Of a stretch of 64,000 nucleotides of DNA, positions 40,867-51,056 are shown in pieces. Below the pieces are notes generated by a model. It had not been told where the DNA came from. It did not search any database and was given only the letters and a program-made list of their open reading frames with translations. Positions within the stretch are counted from its first letter, which is position 1. Every line of letters begins with the position of its first letter. The stretch is from assembly GCA_963725425.1 (NCBI GenBank), contig CAVRYJ010000044.1:132263-196262 (forward strand), given 5' to 3'. Position numbers and translations under genes: made by a program. This DNA comes from an uncultured Clostridiaceae bacterium. Its GTDB lineage: Bacteria > Bacillota > Clostridia > Clostridiales > Clostridiaceae.

Positions 40867-42000
40867 TTGGTGAAAATACTGTATAATCTAAGTACGGAGG
40901 CGATTAAAGTGACAAATGGTGATATGAATTTTAATGAGTTTATAGCCTTATTAGGTTGGAGTAAGAATAAGTTTTATGATAATATTAAGAAAATTTGCAG
41001 TAAGGAAACATATGATATTGATATTGGTAAATTTAGAAAAGCTGGTGAAACTAAAGTAGAATATGATAGGAATGATAATGATTTTTGTTTTAAGAAAGAG
41101 TGGCAAGACATAGTGTATGTACTGTTTACTATGTTTGCAGATAATCCATTTTATAGAGCAAATAGTTCTGCTGATAGTATAACACTAGAGGAAATCATAA
41201 AATATAATAAAGACTGCTTGAAGTTGATTGCAGGAAAACTACCAGACTATCAAAGAAGGTTGATTCAATTGCATCCTACTTATGCTGCAACATTAATTGA
41301 AACTAAAGCAATGAAAAAGGTATCTCAGAAAGTACAATTTTTGCTATCATCATTAAGTAAAATGCCTGTAGAAGCAAGAACGGAAATATGGGTGAATTTT
41401 GATAAGCTGATAAACAACCAACTTATTCAGAGCTATTTGTCATCTATTAATACTAAAGAAAAGATTCAAGAAGATAAGGGGGATTTATTTAAAAACCAAT
41501 TATTTGGTGAATATGAACATATAAGTCTTGATAAATATGTAGCACAAGTTTTGAAAAAAGAAATGGATGCTGAATTTGTAAAGGAAAGAGATTCAATAAA
41601 TGAACTATATGTTCAATCTGATAAGGATTTAGATAAAAACTATATGGATATATGTGAAGATACTCCAGAAGAAATTGAAGCCATAGATAGAATGTATGAA
41701 GCTTCAGGGTTAGATGAACTACTACAGGGAACACGAGAAAAGATGATTGAAAATTTGATAAAAGAAAAGTTAACAGAAGCATCAAATATGATTGAAAATA
41801 GCACATCAGTGGATAGCACTATTGATGAGATTATTAATGACTTAGAAAAAGCAGATGGAGTAAATAACAAAAAACAAATAGAAAAGCTTAAAGAGGTCAA
41901 AGCAATTGTTAGCACAAATTCAAAAGAGATTGAAAAGTTTAGTAGTATAGCTGATAAGATTCTTTGCGAGCTAAATTACAATATAATAAATAGAAAATGA
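40867..42000 (+). CDS. Hypothetical acidic, helical protein
   Basis: 377-aa ORF; no family recognised. Confidence 0.65.
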   Translation: MVKILYNLSTEAIKVTNGDMNFNEFIALLGWSKNKFYDNIKKICSKETYDIDIGKFRKAGETKVEYDRNDNDFCFKKEWQDIVYVLFTMFADNPFYRANSSADSITLEEIIKYNKDCLKLIAGKLPDYQRRLIQLHPTYAATLIETKAMKKVSQKVQFLLSSLSKMPVEARTEIWVNFDKLINNQLIQSYLSSINTKEKIQEDKGDLFKNQLFGEYEHISLDKYVAQVLKKEMDAEFVKERDSINELYVQSDKDLDKNYMDICEDTPEEIEAIDRMYEASGLDELLQGTREKMIENLIKEKLTEASNMIENSTSVDSTIDEIINDLEKADGVNNKKQIEKLKEVKAIVSTNSKEIEKFSSIADKILCELNYNIINRK

Positions 42001-42198
42001 TGTTTGGTAAGGACTACGTATACTAGTAGTTCTTATTTTTTGCCATTGTAAAGAGCTATCCTATAAAAAAATTATATATAGTCCACCGAATGCTAAATTG
42101 TTTGCATGGAATTATAATATAGACATAGCAACGGTTACCAAGCTAAATTTGAAAAATGCTTATAACTGCAGTTATAAGTATAAGGAGAGTAACTTAAC

Positions 42199-44721
42199 AT
42201 GGTACAAACCAATATTAGTTCAATATTATTTTTAGAGAAATATATGGAAGTACTAAAAGAGAAGGGTACATTAGTTGAAATTAGAATTCTCAATACTAGC
42301 AAGGGTACTATAAGTGGGTACTACAATGACTATGAAAAACTTGCAAAGGATATTAAGCCATGCAGTGGCAAGTATAATATCTACTTCACTATAAACCCAG
42401 TTAAACAGGAACTTCTGGTAAGGGCAAAGAATCACCTAACAGCATATGCTAAAAATACAACTTCTGATGCAGATATTCTAAAAAGAGCTATCTTAATGAT
42501 AGACTTGGATGTTAAAAGACCTGCTGGTACATCATCATCAGATGAAGAACATGAAAAAGCTATAGAAAAGGCAGGAAAGGTTAAAGAATTCCTAACAGAA
42601 CAAGGTTGGTCTAATCCAGTAGTTGCAGATAGTGGCAATGGTGCTCACTTACTATACTCCATTGATATTCCTAATGATAGGGAAAGCACAGAACTTGTAA
42701 AAAATGTACTTAGAGCACTGGATGCAATGTTCACTGATGATGCGGTTGAGGTAGACAAGACAACTTACAATGCTTCTAGAATTTGCAAGGTATATGGTAC
42801 TGTAGCTTGCAAAGGTGATAACACAGAAGAAAGACCACATAGAATGTCGGGAATAATCAGTTATCCTAAAGAAATCCAAATAGTTACGAAAGAGCAACTA
42901 AAAAATATTGCATCTATGCTTCCTGTAGAAGAGAAAAAAAACACTGGAAATAAGAAGTCAAAATTAGACATTGAGAAATACATGGGGGAACATAATCTTA
43001 AAGTGTTTCAAGAAAAAAGTTTTGGCAATGGCAAAATATATGTATTAGAGCAATGCCCTTGGAGAGATGACCACACCGACAATGCTGCTTATATCATACA
43101 GTATGAAAATGGGGCTATAGCAGCGGGTTGCCATCATAACAGTTGCAGTGATGAAAATTGGCATACACTAAGAGATAGGTTAGAACCTGATTGGAAAAAG
43201 AAGTCTAAACCTTCTAAGGCTGATGCAGAAGATAAAGAAACACAGTCAGATGTTTTATTAAGGGTAGGAAAAGCTGCAATGCTGTTTTGTGATGATATTG
43301 AAGAAAAGTATGCAGCTGTTGATGTTAGGGGACATAAAGAAATTTATAAGATAAATAGCAAAAAATTCAAATTATGGCTAACAAAACAATACTATGACGA
43401 AACTGCTAAAGCTCCAGCAAGTGATGCTATGAACCAAGCATTAGGAGTATTTGAAATGAAAGCTATGTTTAGTGGTGAGATAAGGACTCTTTCAAGGAGA
43501 TGTGCAAAGTATGAAGGTAATTATTACTATGACCTTGCTGACATTAGTTGGGGTAATGTGGTAATAAGTAATGGTGGATGGAAGGTAATTCATGATGCTC
43601 CAATATTATTTTTAAGAAATAAGAATATGAAAGCACAGGTTGTACCAGTGGAATATAGTGACTTATCAATACTCAACAAGCATTACAGATACAAAAATAA
43701 GAATGATGAAATTCTACATATGGTAGACTTGGTAACAAAATTTATACCAGATATACCACATCCTATAGATGTAATACACGGAGAAAAAGGGTCGTCAAAG
43801 ACAACTTCCATGAAGAAAGACAGAAGTATAGTAGACCCTGCTGTAAGAGATGTTGTATCAATGCCCACAAGTAAGGAGGATTTAGCACTAATTCTTAGTA
43901 ACAACTATATGCCTTGTTTTGACAATCTATATAATATTACTCCTGAGAAAAGTGATATGCTCTGCATGGCTGCTACTGGTGGTGGCTTTAGCAAAAGAAC
44001 TTTATACACTGATGAAGATGAAACTATATTACATTTCAAAGACCCTATAAGCCTTAATGGTATAAATGTAGTAGCCACAAGAGCTGACCTTCTTGACCGT
44101 TCAATACTACTTGAGTTACAACGAATCCCAGAAAATGAACGTAGGGAAGAGAGCACTATTTTAGAAGAATTTGAGAAGGACAAGCCTAAAATACTTGGTG
44201 CAATATTTACTACTTTATCAAAGGCTATGATTATATATGCTGATGTAAAGCTAGACAGAATGGGTAGAATGGCTGATTTTACTAGATGGGGCTATGCCAT
44301 AGCAGAAGCAGCTGGGCTTGGAGGAGAAATATTCCTTAATGCCTATCTTAATAATCAAGGTAGAGCAAATGAGGAGGCAGTTGCATCAAGCCCTGTTGCA
44401 GCAGCAATAATGAAACTTATGAGTGATACAGTGAGATGGGAGGGTACATTTGTGAAACTACTTGTAGACCTAAACAGAATAGCTCAAATAGAGGGTATCG
44501 ACATCCACTCTAAACTATGGGCTAAAGAGCCTAATGTTCTTAGTAGAAGGATAAAGGAAATTAAGTCTAACTTAGAACAACTGGGAATTTGCTACACTGT
44601 TAGCCATCAAAGCATTGCAAAGAAAATAACCATAACTAATGAAAATGTGAATACAAATGTACCAATCATAAAACCTATAGAAAATGTTGATAATTTTTCT
44701 GAGGGGATGATTAATTTTTAG
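42199..44721 (+). CDS. Primase-helicase-like replication protein of an island or plasmid
   Basis: IDLDVKRP and DSGNGAHLLY (AEP/PrimPol-like), CPWRDDH...CHHNSC putative Zn site, HGEKGSSKTT P-loop, CFDNL, DLLDRSI. Confidence 0.75.
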   Translation: MVQTNISSILFLEKYMEVLKEKGTLVEIRILNTSKGTISGYYNDYEKLAKDIKPCSGKYNIYFTINPVKQELLVRAKNHLTAYAKNTTSDADILKRAILMIDLDVKRPAGTSSSDEEHEKAIEKAGKVKEFLTEQGWSNPVVADSGNGAHLLYSIDIPNDRESTELVKNVLRALDAMFTDDAVEVDKTTYNASRICKVYGTVACKGDNTEERPHRMSGIISYPKEIQIVTKEQLKNIASMLPVEEKKNTGNKKSKLDIEKYMGEHNLKVFQEKSFGNGKIYVLEQCPWRDDHTDNAAYIIQYENGAIAAGCHHNSCSDENWHTLRDRLEPDWKKKSKPSKADAEDKETQSDVLLRVGKAAMLFCDDIEEKYAAVDVRGHKEIYKINSKKFKLWLTKQYYDETAKAPASDAMNQALGVFEMKAMFSGEIRTLSRRCAKYEGNYYYDLADISWGNVVISNGGWKVIHDAPILFLRNKNMKAQVVPVEYSDLSILNKHYRYKNKNDEILHMVDLVTKFIPDIPHPIDVIHGEKGSSKTTSMKKDRSIVDPAVRDVVSMPTSKEDLALILSNNYMPCFDNLYNITPEKSDMLCMAATGGGFSKRTLYTDEDETILHFKDPISLNGINVVATRADLLDRSILLELQRIPENERREESTILEEFEKDKPKILGAIFTTLSKAMIIYADVKLDRMGRMADFTRWGYAIAEAAGLGGEIFLNAYLNNQGRANEEAVASSPVAAAIMKLMSDTVRWEGTFVKLLVDLNRIAQIEGIDIHSKLWAKEPNVLSRRIKEIKSNLEQLGICYTVSHQSIAKKITITNENVNTNVPIIKPIENVDNFSEGMINF

Positions 44722-44741
44722 ACACTAGATATACCCTAAAA

Positions 44742-44799
44742 TATCGACACTATAGACAATGTAAAATATAGGATTACAGTAATGTCTATAGTGCTGATA
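44742..44799. other. Island palindromic site C
   Basis: TATCGACACTATAGACA-N24-TGTCTATAGTGCTGATA. Confidence 0.75.
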
Positions 44800-44934
44800 A
44801 CTAAGGCTATATGGTGGGAGAGAATTATCCTAACTAATAAGAACCCAATGAAAATTTAATCAAAATAAATTAGTAATAAGTGATATTTGAAATATATATT
44901 ATCACTTTAGATAATAACATAGGAGGTCATTGAA

Positions 44935-45798
44935 ATGATATTAAAGGTAGGTAAGGAAAACTTTCTACAACATATGAATGCTATTGATAGGAGTCCCCAA
45001 ACAATAACTGGATATGGCAAAGATTTAAAGCAGTTTGAACAATTTCTATCAATAAAGTATAACGGTGAACCTTATATAGAAGATATTACCTCAAGTGATA
45101 TAGAAGATTTCCTCATGTATTTAAAAGAGGAACGAGACTATGCACCAGGGTCTAGGAGTAGAGATTTATATACTATACGTTCATTTTTCTCTTGGGCATA
45201 CAAGAAGGAAATAGTGATTAGGAATGTAGCTCTATCTGTTGAGAATATTAAGTTGCAGCAAAAGGAACGTATATATCTTAGAGATGAGGAGGTAGAAGAA
45301 TTGTTAGCAGCAATAGACCATCCACTAATTAATCTAACGGTAAGAACTCTATATAACACAGGTCTTAGAATATCAGAATGCTTATCATTAACCCTTAGCA
45401 CAGTTGACCTTCAGAACAAGGTTGTTCATGTCATAGCTGGCAAGGGTAATAAGGACAGATTAGTACCTATATCAGACAAACTGTACCCATACTTACAAAG
45501 ATATATTGAAAACGGTAGACAAGCTGTTGCTACAGACAATTTCTTTGCTACTGCTAAAACGGGCAAACTTTCAGCACAGTATGTGAATAGGGAACTTGCT
45601 GCTGCTACTAAAAAACTGGGATGGGACAAGAAAGTGACTTGTCATATACTAAGGCATAGCTTTGCATCAAGACTTGTAGAGCAAGACGTTAATCTAGTTC
45701 AAGTACAGAAGCTACTAGGTCATAGTAGTTTAAAGGTTACAAGTATATATACTCATTCTAATATAGACAAACTAAAATTAGCTGTTAACGCTATGTAA
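44935..45798 (+). CDS. XerC/D-like tyrosine recombinase
   Basis: NTGLRISE, GKGNKDRLVP, HILRHSFAS, LLGHSSLKVTSIY. Confidence 0.93.
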   Translation: MILKVGKENFLQHMNAIDRSPQTITGYGKDLKQFEQFLSIKYNGEPYIEDITSSDIEDFLMYLKEERDYAPGSRSRDLYTIRSFFSWAYKKEIVIRNVALSVENIKLQQKERIYLRDEEVEELLAAIDHPLINLTVRTLYNTGLRISECLSLTLSTVDLQNKVVHVIAGKGNKDRLVPISDKLYPYLQRYIENGRQAVATDNFFATAKTGKLSAQYVNRELAAATKKLGWDKKVTCHILRHSFASRLVEQDVNLVQVQKLLGHSSLKVTSIYTHSNIDKLKLAVNAM

Positions 45799-45806
45799 TG
45801 AACTGT

Positions 45807-45860
45807 AAATATCAGCACTGTGGCACTGTAAAATTCAGGATTACTATAGTGTTGATATTT
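45807..45860. other. Island palindromic site D
   Basis: AAATATCAGCACT-N28-AGTGTTGATATTT. Confidence 0.75.
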
Positions 45861-45871
45861 ATTGCAATATA

Positions 45872-46704
45872 ATGGAGGTGTTTGGCATGGAGATGCAGAA
45901 GAATGAAAATGAGCCAATATATGATGATAAGGTAAAAAATGTTATTAGACTTCTTACAGAAGGCATTAATAGAGAAGAAATAGCAAGTCAAATGGGGTAC
46001 TCTACCTTCAAGTCAATAGATATGTATTTTAGACGTAGGAACTTCCATTGGGATTCAGACAAACAGAACTATGAGCCAAGTCACAATAGTTTTGAAGATG
46101 TTAGCTTTGAAGACAGTATTGCTGCTACATCTAAAGTAGCACAGGTTATATCATTATTTTCTAAAGATGGAGCAGATTCTAAGGTTATAGCTAAAAGATT
46201 AGGGTTTTCAGAGCATAGAGAGATGGCTTCCTATATGGCAGGTAAGGGTTATCAGTGGTCAATTGAGAATATGAATTATACAAAGACATTAGGATTAGTT
46301 GAGGAATCAGTGGTTGTTTCTAAGACAGATTCACAAATTGATGCTAATTTAGAGGAAAATAAAGATAGTATTGTAGAAATGATACCAAATGTTAGGAGTG
46401 CTAATGCAGGACTAGTAGACTTGCAACAGTTTGTACCAATATTAATGATGCTACAGAAAAACAAGGATAGACTAGTTGACATGTTAATACCACAATCCGA
46501 TGAAAATAATATTCCAAGGTATGCGCTTCCAGGAGTATTTGTTACTAAATCAGTTCACATGATTAGTCCACTGGATATTATGGTTAGAGATTTCTCAAAG
46601 GAGAAAAATGTATCACAAAAGGATATTTTTGCTACTGCTCTGCTTGAGTTCTTTAAAGATATGGTTATGAAAGAGAAGTAGAACAAATGCTAGGTAGTAA
46701 ATGA
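45872..46704 (+). CDS. Hypothetical protein with duplicated HTH-like segments (probable indel near 46655)
   Basis: IASQMGYSTFKSIDMYFRR and IAKRLGFSEHREMASYM; alternative frame ends KRYGYEREVEQMLGSK. Confidence 0.6.
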
Positions 46705-46762
46705 TTAGTGAAATTATTTGTGATTTTGGATATAATATATGTATATGAGGATGTGAAATCTT

Positions 46763-47221
46763 ATGAATAGTAGAGAAAAATATGAATATTGGCTAGAAGC
46801 AGCACAGTATGACTTAGATTCCGCAAGAGTAATGATGGATGGTGGAAGGTATATGTATGTAGCCTTTATGAGTCAGCAGGCAGTAGAGAAAATCACAAAA
46901 GGACTCTATACCTTATATACAGAGAATGAACCACCAATGATTCATAATATTTGGAACATATTTAGACAGCTAAAAAAAGAAGCTAATCTTAGTGAGTATT
47001 TACCTGTTGATGAATTTGAAGAAAATTTACAAAAACATAAAAGATTTTTAGCAGAGTTATTGTCATACTATATATCTGGTAGATACCCTTCTTTCAAGGA
47101 GAAAATATCAAGTACTATTGATTCTGATAGGGCAAATAGAGTATTAAATAATACGGAGGCGGTGTTTTCATGGATAAAATCCCTGAATCAATACAAAAAT
47201 GATTCAAGATTATATCAGTGA
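46763..47221 (+). CDS. HEPN domain protein (toxin-antitoxin partner)
   Basis: WLEAAQYDLDSARVM, AFMSQQAVEKITKGL, YISGRYP. Confidence 0.85.
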   Translation: MNSREKYEYWLEAAQYDLDSARVMMDGGRYMYVAFMSQQAVEKITKGLYTLYTENEPPMIHNIWNIFRQLKKEANLSEYLPVDEFEENLQKHKRFLAELLSYYISGRYPSFKEKISSTIDSDRANRVLNNTEAVFSWIKSLNQYKNDSRLYQ

Positions 47222-47501
47222 TTTAGCTAAGAAAATTCCTATTCAAAAGGCTATATTGTTTGGTTCTTATGCAAAAGGTAATACTCATCAATATAGTGAT
47301 GTTGATATTGCTATATTTTCAGACTATTTTAAAGATATGCAGAGAGTTGATGGCATATATTTCTTACTATTATCTGCAATGGACTATGATATGGACATAG
47401 AACCACAGCCATTTACTATGGATGAATATGATGAGCCAGCAGGTTTAGTACAAGAGATTCTAAAGACCGGAATAGAACTAGAATTACCACAAGTAAGTTA
47501 G
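47170..47501 (+). CDS. Minimal nucleotidyltransferase (MNT), HEPN partner
   Basis: ILFGSYAKG...SDVDIAI; probable true start ATG 47170 after GGAGG, with a lost A at ~47195. Confidence 0.85.
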
Positions 47502-47526
47502 AGTAATCATCTTTTCATAGCCATAA

Positions 47527-47579
47527 TTATCGGCACTATTGACATGATAATTTTTACAGTGTTGACAGTGCTAATATTT
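47527..47579. other. Island palindromic site E (inverted relative to D)
   Basis: Reverse complement AAATATTAGCACTGTCAACACTGTAAAAATT...ATGTCAATAGTGCCGATAA matches the left part of D and the arm at 40835-40853. Confidence 0.7.
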
Positions 47580-47843
47580 TTGGTTATTCTAATGTATTTT
47601 TTTTACAATTGATTCTGCAATAGTAGCTTTAGTTACGTGGACTACTAGAACTACAGACATTTCAGTGTCATGAGCAACAAAAACATTCCATTACCTTTTT
47701 TCCAATCTATTTTGAACGTCTATCCTTTCCGTTACGTTAGTTCCATTATGTATTGAACAACAAATGGTAGAGCAACATCATGCGTAGAAGTATTGATTTC
47801 ACTAGGTTTGCTGGATATGAAGAAATAGGGATATTCTGGTTAG

Positions 47844-50156
47844 GGTTGTGCTATTAACGCTACTTCTGTAAAAGTAACATTTTCATCAGCAGTAACAACT
47901 GCTCCTACTGCAAGTGATTTTACAGTAGCAGAAAGCGGAAGCAATATTGCTGTAAGTAATGTAGCTGTTGCTAGTGATAATTTGAGTGCTACATTAACAT
48001 TAGCTACTCCATTAACAACAGGTTCTTTTACTGTTAATGGAACAAGTGCAGCTATTGATTTAAGTGCTCCAGTTGTTAAATCAGCAGTGTTTTCTGGAAT
48101 TGCAGCTGGAAGTACTATTACATTAACATATGACAAAACACTTAATTCAAGTATTGTTCCAGCAGCTGGTGATTTTAAAGTTGTTGACAATGGTACTGCA
48201 GTTTCATTATATGGATATGTTCAAGTTAATAGTAATACAGTAGTATTAACACTCTCTAGTGCTATTTCTAATGCTACTGACCCTATTACTGTAAGTTATA
48301 TTCCTGGAGCAAATGTACTACAAAGTAGTTTAGGTACAAATGCAGCTGAATTTGATTTGTTAAGTGCAACAGCAGAACCAGCTAGCGCTCTTGCTACAGT
48401 TAGTTCACCTAAGGCAGTAGCTGCCATTGGAGCAACTGCTACAATTAGTTGGACTAACCCAACAAGTGGTACGACTCCAGCATCATATAACCTAGAGGCT
48501 TCTGTTAATGGCGGAGCATATACAACAGTAGAATCAGGCATATTAAATTCTGCAACTACCGCTACTTATACTGGTTTAAGTGGACAGTCAGTAGCATTTA
48601 AAGTAGTTTCAGTTGGAACTGGAACACCCGCTCCAACTGTTGAATCAACAGCTACAACAGCTATTACATTAGATTCAGTTGCACCAGCTTTAACTTCAGC
48701 TGTTGTAAATGGCAATATTATTACTTTAACTTATAGCAAACCTGTACAGACAGCAACTACTGGTGCAAGTTTCATCAGTGAGTATGGATTAACTGGTACA
48801 GCTGCAACTATTAGTTCTGGTACTATTAGTGGAAATACAGTAACTCTTAAATTAAACCAAAGTGTTCTAAGCACAGATACCGTAAAAATACAGTATACAA
48901 ATGCAACAGCTGGTAACGCTGGCGAAGATATAAATGATGTAGTAGGAAATCAACTTGTGAATGATGCAACTGCAGGTGGTGTTACTAATGACACTATAGC
49001 AAATGCAGGAACTTTGTCTTTAGCAGGTTCAACTTCTACGTCAAGTGCTATTAGTGAAAAACTAACATTGGCTGACGCTACAGGAACTGGAGTTGATGTA
49101 AGTTCAGCAGCTATGGCTTCTATTCAAATGACAGCTCCAGATGGAACTGTTACTACGATAGCACCTACAGCTAACAACTATATTTTGTTTAATGCACAAA
49201 ATACAGCTGGTAATTACGTATTTAATATGACATCTCTTGCTGGGGTTAAATATCAAACGACACTTGCTTGGACAGCTCCAACGTCAGTAGTAGCAAATGC
49301 AACTGGAGTCGTAGATGCAACAAACGGTACAGAATTTGCTTTAGGAACACCAGCTCTTAGTTTAACAGCGAATACTTATGTTGTTGCACCTGATGGAACT
49401 GTATCAATAGCTACAGTCGATGCAAGCCATAATGTTGAATTGAATGGTACTTCTAATGGAACATATACAATTTATACAAGTACTGCAGGAAATGTTTGGT
49501 CTAAATCAACAGTTTCATATCCAAATAGCTTTACGCCTACTGTATCAAGTGCAACTGTAAATGGAACAACAATGGTTCTTAATTATAATGTTGCATTAAG
49601 TGGAACTCCAGCGGCTTCAGCATTCTCAGTTATGGATAACGGTACAAGTGATGCAGTAACCAATGTTGCAGTATCTGGAACTACTGTAACATTAACTTTA
49701 ACTAATGCGGTTCTTGCTAGTGACACAGGTACTGTTAGCTATACTGCACCGACTACTACTCCATTAGTAGGAGTTACAGGGAATGCTATTCAGGCTGCTT
49801 CATTCACAGGACAAAGTGTAACAGATAATACAACTGTTTCATCATTAGTAAGTGCAGCTGCTGCTACTGGAACAAGTAGTGTAGTGTTAACTTATTCTAG
49901 TGCTTTATCTGCAACTTCTGCAACTACACCTCCAGCAGCAACTAGTTATACTGTTACTGTTAATGGAGCTAATGATGCTGTAACAGGAGTAATTGTTAAT
50001 GCTGCTAATAAAACTGTAACATTAGCTTTATCTGCTAATGTTGCTGCAGGTCAGACAGTCGTTGTTAATTATAATAAGCCAACTACAAACTCTTTGACTG
50101 ATGCTATTGGTAATAACGTGGCAGGGTTCTCAAATCAGATTGTTGGAGTTCAATAG
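47844..50156 (+). CDS. Start-less surface-protein segment with SwmB-like repeats and an Fn3-like domain
   Basis: Open frame from 47844 (AINATSVKVTF...) without signal peptide or RBS; ITLTYDKTL...FKVVDNG...VVLTLSSAI repeats. Confidence 0.7.
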   Translation, partial: GCAINATSVKVTFSSAVTTAPTASDFTVAESGSNIAVSNVAVASDNLSATLTLATPLTTGSFTVNGTSAAIDLSAPVVKSAVFSGIAAGSTITLTYDKTLNSSIVPAAGDFKVVDNGTAVSLYGYVQVNSNTVVLTLSSAISNATDPITVSYIPGANVLQSSLGTNAAEFDLLSATAEPASALATVSSPKAVAAIGATATISWTNPTSGTTPASYNLEASVNGGAYTTVESGILNSATTATYTGLSGQSVAFKVVSVGTGTPAPTVESTATTAITLDSVAPALTSAVVNGNIITLTYSKPVQTATTGASFISEYGLTGTAATISSGTISGNTVTLKLNQSVLSTDTVKIQYTNATAGNAGEDINDVVGNQLVNDATAGGVTNDTIANAGTLSLAGSTSTSSAISEKLTLADATGTGVDVSSAAMASIQMTAPDGTVTTIAPTANNYILFNAQNTAGNYVFNMTSLAGVKYQTTLAWTAPTSVVANATGVVDATNGTEFALGTPALSLTANTYVVAPDGTVSIATVDASHNVELNGTSNGTYTIYTSTAGNVWSKSTVSYPNSFTPTVSSATVNGTTMVLNYNVALSGTPAASAFSVMDNGTSDAVTNVAVSGTTVTLTLTNAVLASDTGTVSYTAPTTTPLVGVTGNAIQAASFTGQSVTDNTTVSSLVSAAAATGTSSVVLTYSSALSATSATTPPAATSYTVTVNGANDAVTGVIVNAANKTVTLALSANVAAGQTVVVNYNKPTTNSLTDAIGNNVAGFSNQIVGVQ

Positions 50157-50199
50157 AAAACTCGCTTCACACACAATGAACTTCAATTGGCATGAACAA

Positions 50200-50913
50200 T
50201 AAATAAGAAGAGAGAATCGTCAGACGTGACGGTTCTTTTTCTTTATCTAAAAATAACCATCCTGTCACTATATTGAACATCAAGTTAGAGCCTATCACTA
50301 ACTACATCACAAATCATGTTGTGTATACTAATCTAATATTTTAAATAATATAAATCAATATCTATTTAATATGATGATTTACATTATTTAGAATACTAAA
50401 TTAATCATAAAGAGAATATATTCTATATTCTTTCCATAATTGTATTTTCATATACATCATAGAGCCTTTAATAATATTCTTCTATCAAAGAACTAAATAA
50501 ACAATAGAGTCATTTTGATATGGTGGCTTTTATTTAACTAGGTTCATTATAACACACATTAAACTATAATTCGACTATTTGTTGATGGTAACGTAGGAAT
50601 AAACTGTTAATATTTCATAAACATTTAATGATATTAAATATGTATTAGAAATACATGGAAATTAATATAGAATTGTATGACAATGGAAGAACAATGTACC
50701 AACAAAATAATTGATTCACTCACAAAGCCTAAAAAACTCATTTACCGAAAACTTCAAAGAAATTCACTGTAAAATAATTCTCATATTCATTAGTAAATCC
50801 TCATTCTATTCATTTCAATAGTTTCTAACAATTCTACAGTACGATTTTTCACTGCATAATCTAAATAATGCAGTGAACTTGTATAAGCCTAAGATGGGTT
50901 AAAATCTGTCTTA
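50200..50913 (+). repeat. ~730-bp non-coding direct repeat, copy 2
   Basis: Collinear with 37680-38418. Confidence 0.9.
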
Positions 50914-51056
50914 AACTATCGATAGTGCCAGTAGTGTTGATAAATAAGGCTATAAAAAGTGTAGAATAAAATGTAGTATTCTGATAAGATAAGGGTAAGG
51001 AATAGCGAATATAATAATAAATAAATGGCAAAGGTATATATGGGGGAAGTGAATAA

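Noticed and set aside
47590-47840. Transposase remnant on the minus strand
   Set aside because: Short broken frames with no recognisable catalytic motif; left unassigned.
47700-47843. Second D5/D6 unit in front of the SwmB-like ORF
   Set aside because: TGGATA...AGGGAT loosely resembles the intron end, but no D5 stem with a catalytic triad and GNRA loop can be folded, and the frame does not match.
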